A stretch of DNA of 64,000 nucleotides, from NCBI GenBank assembly GCA_965214605.1, contig OZ243961.1:1760001-1824000 (forward strand). The letters run 5' to 3'. Under the pieces are notes generated by a model. It had not been told where the DNA came from, did no database searches, and saw only the letters and a program-made list of their open reading frames with translations. The stretch comes from an uncultured Candidatus Binatia bacterium. Lineage in GTDB: Bacteria > Desulfobacterota > Binatia > Bin18. The translations under genes were made by a program, and so were the position numbers. Below are positions 62,305-64,000 of this stretch, piece by piece. How positions within the stretch are numbered: position 1 is the stretch's first letter; each line of letters opens with the position of its first letter.

Positions 62305-62575
62305 GAGTTTCCGGTATCCGATTTCCTACGGGCTGTATCGGGGTCCAGTTTAGTAATCGAACCGCAAGCGACCGAGGTCGTAATCCTGCGTATTGAAGCG
62401 TATCGAAGGCGGGGAAGCAAGACCAATGTGGACACACAACTAGCCAATTAACAAAGAAAACTTTTAGTTCCACACATTCTGCCGCAGGCCTGGCGGTCTT
62501 ACGCTAGATACCGGGTAGGAATCTCACCCACTGAGAGAACGCGCCCTCCACAGCGCACTGGTGAAGTTGGCCTAA

Positions 62576-62603
62576 CAATCAAAGAACAAGGGAGCTTTGG
62601 TTG
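62576..62603. terminator. Hairpin immediately downstream of the SDH protease gene
   Basis: CAATCAAAG...CTTTGGTTG. Confidence 0.35.
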
Positions 62604-62611
62604 CTTGACGC

Positions 62612-63550
62612 CTATGAGGCTTGCTGAACCACGACTTCCATCGGCATGTTCTTGATCCAAAGTCGGCCGTTGCTGCTAATGACCGACTTGGCCGCTGGTC
62701 CCATTTCAAACGCTATAGTCGACAAGTGATAAAGAGTCAGCACCTCCTCCTGCAGATCCTGATCATCCTCAAGATCGATGATTTTAAGCGACTGCTGCCT
62801 GGCTTCGTTCCGGTCGATCCGCCGGCCGTGACTTCCGTGTTGGTTGCCACCGAAATGCGCCGCAACTTCGCGCGCCGACGCGGCCGGATCGACCCGCTCT
62901 GAGAACATGTACTTCTGTAACCAATCCTGTACGAGCCTTTGCCCATACGAAATCGATCTCCGCGCCTCTTGAAGTAGCGCGGGACCGAAAGATCGCAGCA
63001 CGGGCGCCCACGCATGGGCCAGGGTCGGGTTGCCTGCAATATCCCTTTTTGCCTCTTCGAATTGCTCCACGATCGAATGAGCGGAAAAGGGGCGGTTCTC
63101 TACGATGAGCTGGGGATCGGTCGGTCCCAACTGACTCTGCCTTCCCATCACGATCCTGTCGCACCCAAGCGCGATCATCGTTCCCGCCGACATCGCGTAG
63201 GTCGGCACGAGAATGTCGATTGCGGAGAACTTGCTTCGCAGATATTCGACGATGGTCTGTGCGGCTTCCGCCCCACCGCCAGGCGTGTGCAGGATCAGAA
63301 GCAGCCCCTTACTGAAATCATGGCCGTGAACTCCGGCCATGAAGCCGTTGAGGTCCTCCATGTTGATCGACGTGAACAGCCCCGGGACTTGGGGCTTCTG
63401 CAAGAAACCGGAGGCGTAGTAGAGGACATTTCGATCATAGCGATTGGCGACGGCCGCGACCGATTCCCTCAATTTCTGCGCGATATGGCCACCTCGTTGG
63501 TCCGGCTCTATTCCGTCCAGATCTTCCTGAAGATCAGACCAACTTGGCAT
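62612..63550 (-). CDS. SDH-family Clp-fold serine protease (S49/ClpP-like)
   Basis: LILHTPGG, P.YAMSAGTMIAL (Ser), S.LGP.DPQ (Asp), SHG (His). Confidence 0.9.
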   Translation of the reverse strand: MPSWSDLQEDLDGIEPDQRGGHIAQKLRESVAAVANRYDRNVLYYASGFLQKPQVPGLFTSINMEDLNGFMAGVHGHDFSKGLLLILHTPGGGAEAAQTIVEYLRSKFSAIDILVPTYAMSAGTMIALGCDRIVMGRQSQLGPTDPQLIVENRPFSAHSIVEQFEEAKRDIAGNPTLAHAWAPVLRSFGPALLQEARRSISYGQRLVQDWLQKYMFSERVDPAASAREVAAHFGGNQHGSHGRRIDRNEARQQSLKIIDLEDDQDLQEEVLTLYHLSTIAFEMGPAAKSVISSNGRLWIKNMPMEVVVQQAS

Positions 63551-63767
63551 TCGCAGGTCCTGTCACGACAAGCCCAATCGGATTATCCCAGGCATATCTG
63601 GGGTGGCTGATCTCACCCCGTTCGGAAATGTCAGCGAGATCCGCAAGGCGCATGTACTCTTCGTACTGCTGCGCCGCCTGCTGGAGCAGTTGGGCCACCT
63701 CCATTTCACTGGGATGTGCTCGCAGCCGCGGGTCGCGCACATCCCGCAGGTCGTCTGTGCCAGTCAT
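63534..63767 (-). CDS. 77-aa hypothetical protein overlapping the protease start
   Basis: GGAGG RBS, helical acidic/Gln-rich core, 17-nt overlap with the downstream gene. Confidence 0.7.
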   Translation of the reverse strand: MTGTDDLRDVRDPRLRAHPSEMEVAQLLQQAAQQYEEYMRLADLADISERGEISHPRYAWDNPIGLVVTGPANAKLV

Positions 63768-64000
63768 TGTGCATCCTCCAGTTGTGCGATTGACGCCGGC
63801 AAGCCACCGACGCGCCGGGCCAGCCTGCGTCTTGAAATTCTAGCTTCAAACACGGATTTAGCGGACCATGCAAGCGAAGGCAAGGGCCCGCCCGTCGGCG
63901 CCGGGATCGGCGTCTCAGTGTGCGCGTCCATACGCACCCCTGCGAACCTCCTTCCCGGCACGACAGCCGCTTTCCAATCGGCCCTACAGAGTATCCTCGG

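Overview
GC-rich bacterial window (about 60% GC by eye). Its many amidohydrolase, luciferase-like (LLM), SDR and CoA-transferase genes plus heavy pseudogenisation resemble Binatia/'Deltaproteobacteria'-type host-associated genomes; this taxonomy is inference only. 1-24.3 kb is mostly intact core and catabolic genes: ispG, thiolase/DUF35, cobB, hemB, amidase, mutS, mutL, three amidohydrolases, CoA-transferase and NUDIX. It also hides an exported selenocysteine peroxiredoxin (in-frame UGA in TxxU followed by a SECIS-like hairpin) that the ORF track truncates. 24.3-32.7 kb is a decaying defence island (OLD nuclease+UvrD, DUF1156 methylase, AlbA_2 and integrase relics) ending in an intact AT-rich type II restriction-modification pair. 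33-42 kb holds metabolic genes, including a ruined eutBC. 42-64 kb is a second defence/mobile graveyard: ISAs1 relic, intact fitAB, hsdM relic, DGQHR relic, a MORC-ATPase/vsr/UvrD-nuclease/dcm module, and a BREX type 3 relic with an intact methylase. It ends with an integrase split by an IS110 element whose target, core and structured non-coding ends can be reconstructed, and an intact small-protein + SDH Clp-fold protease pair. No rRNA, tRNA or CRISPR array was found.
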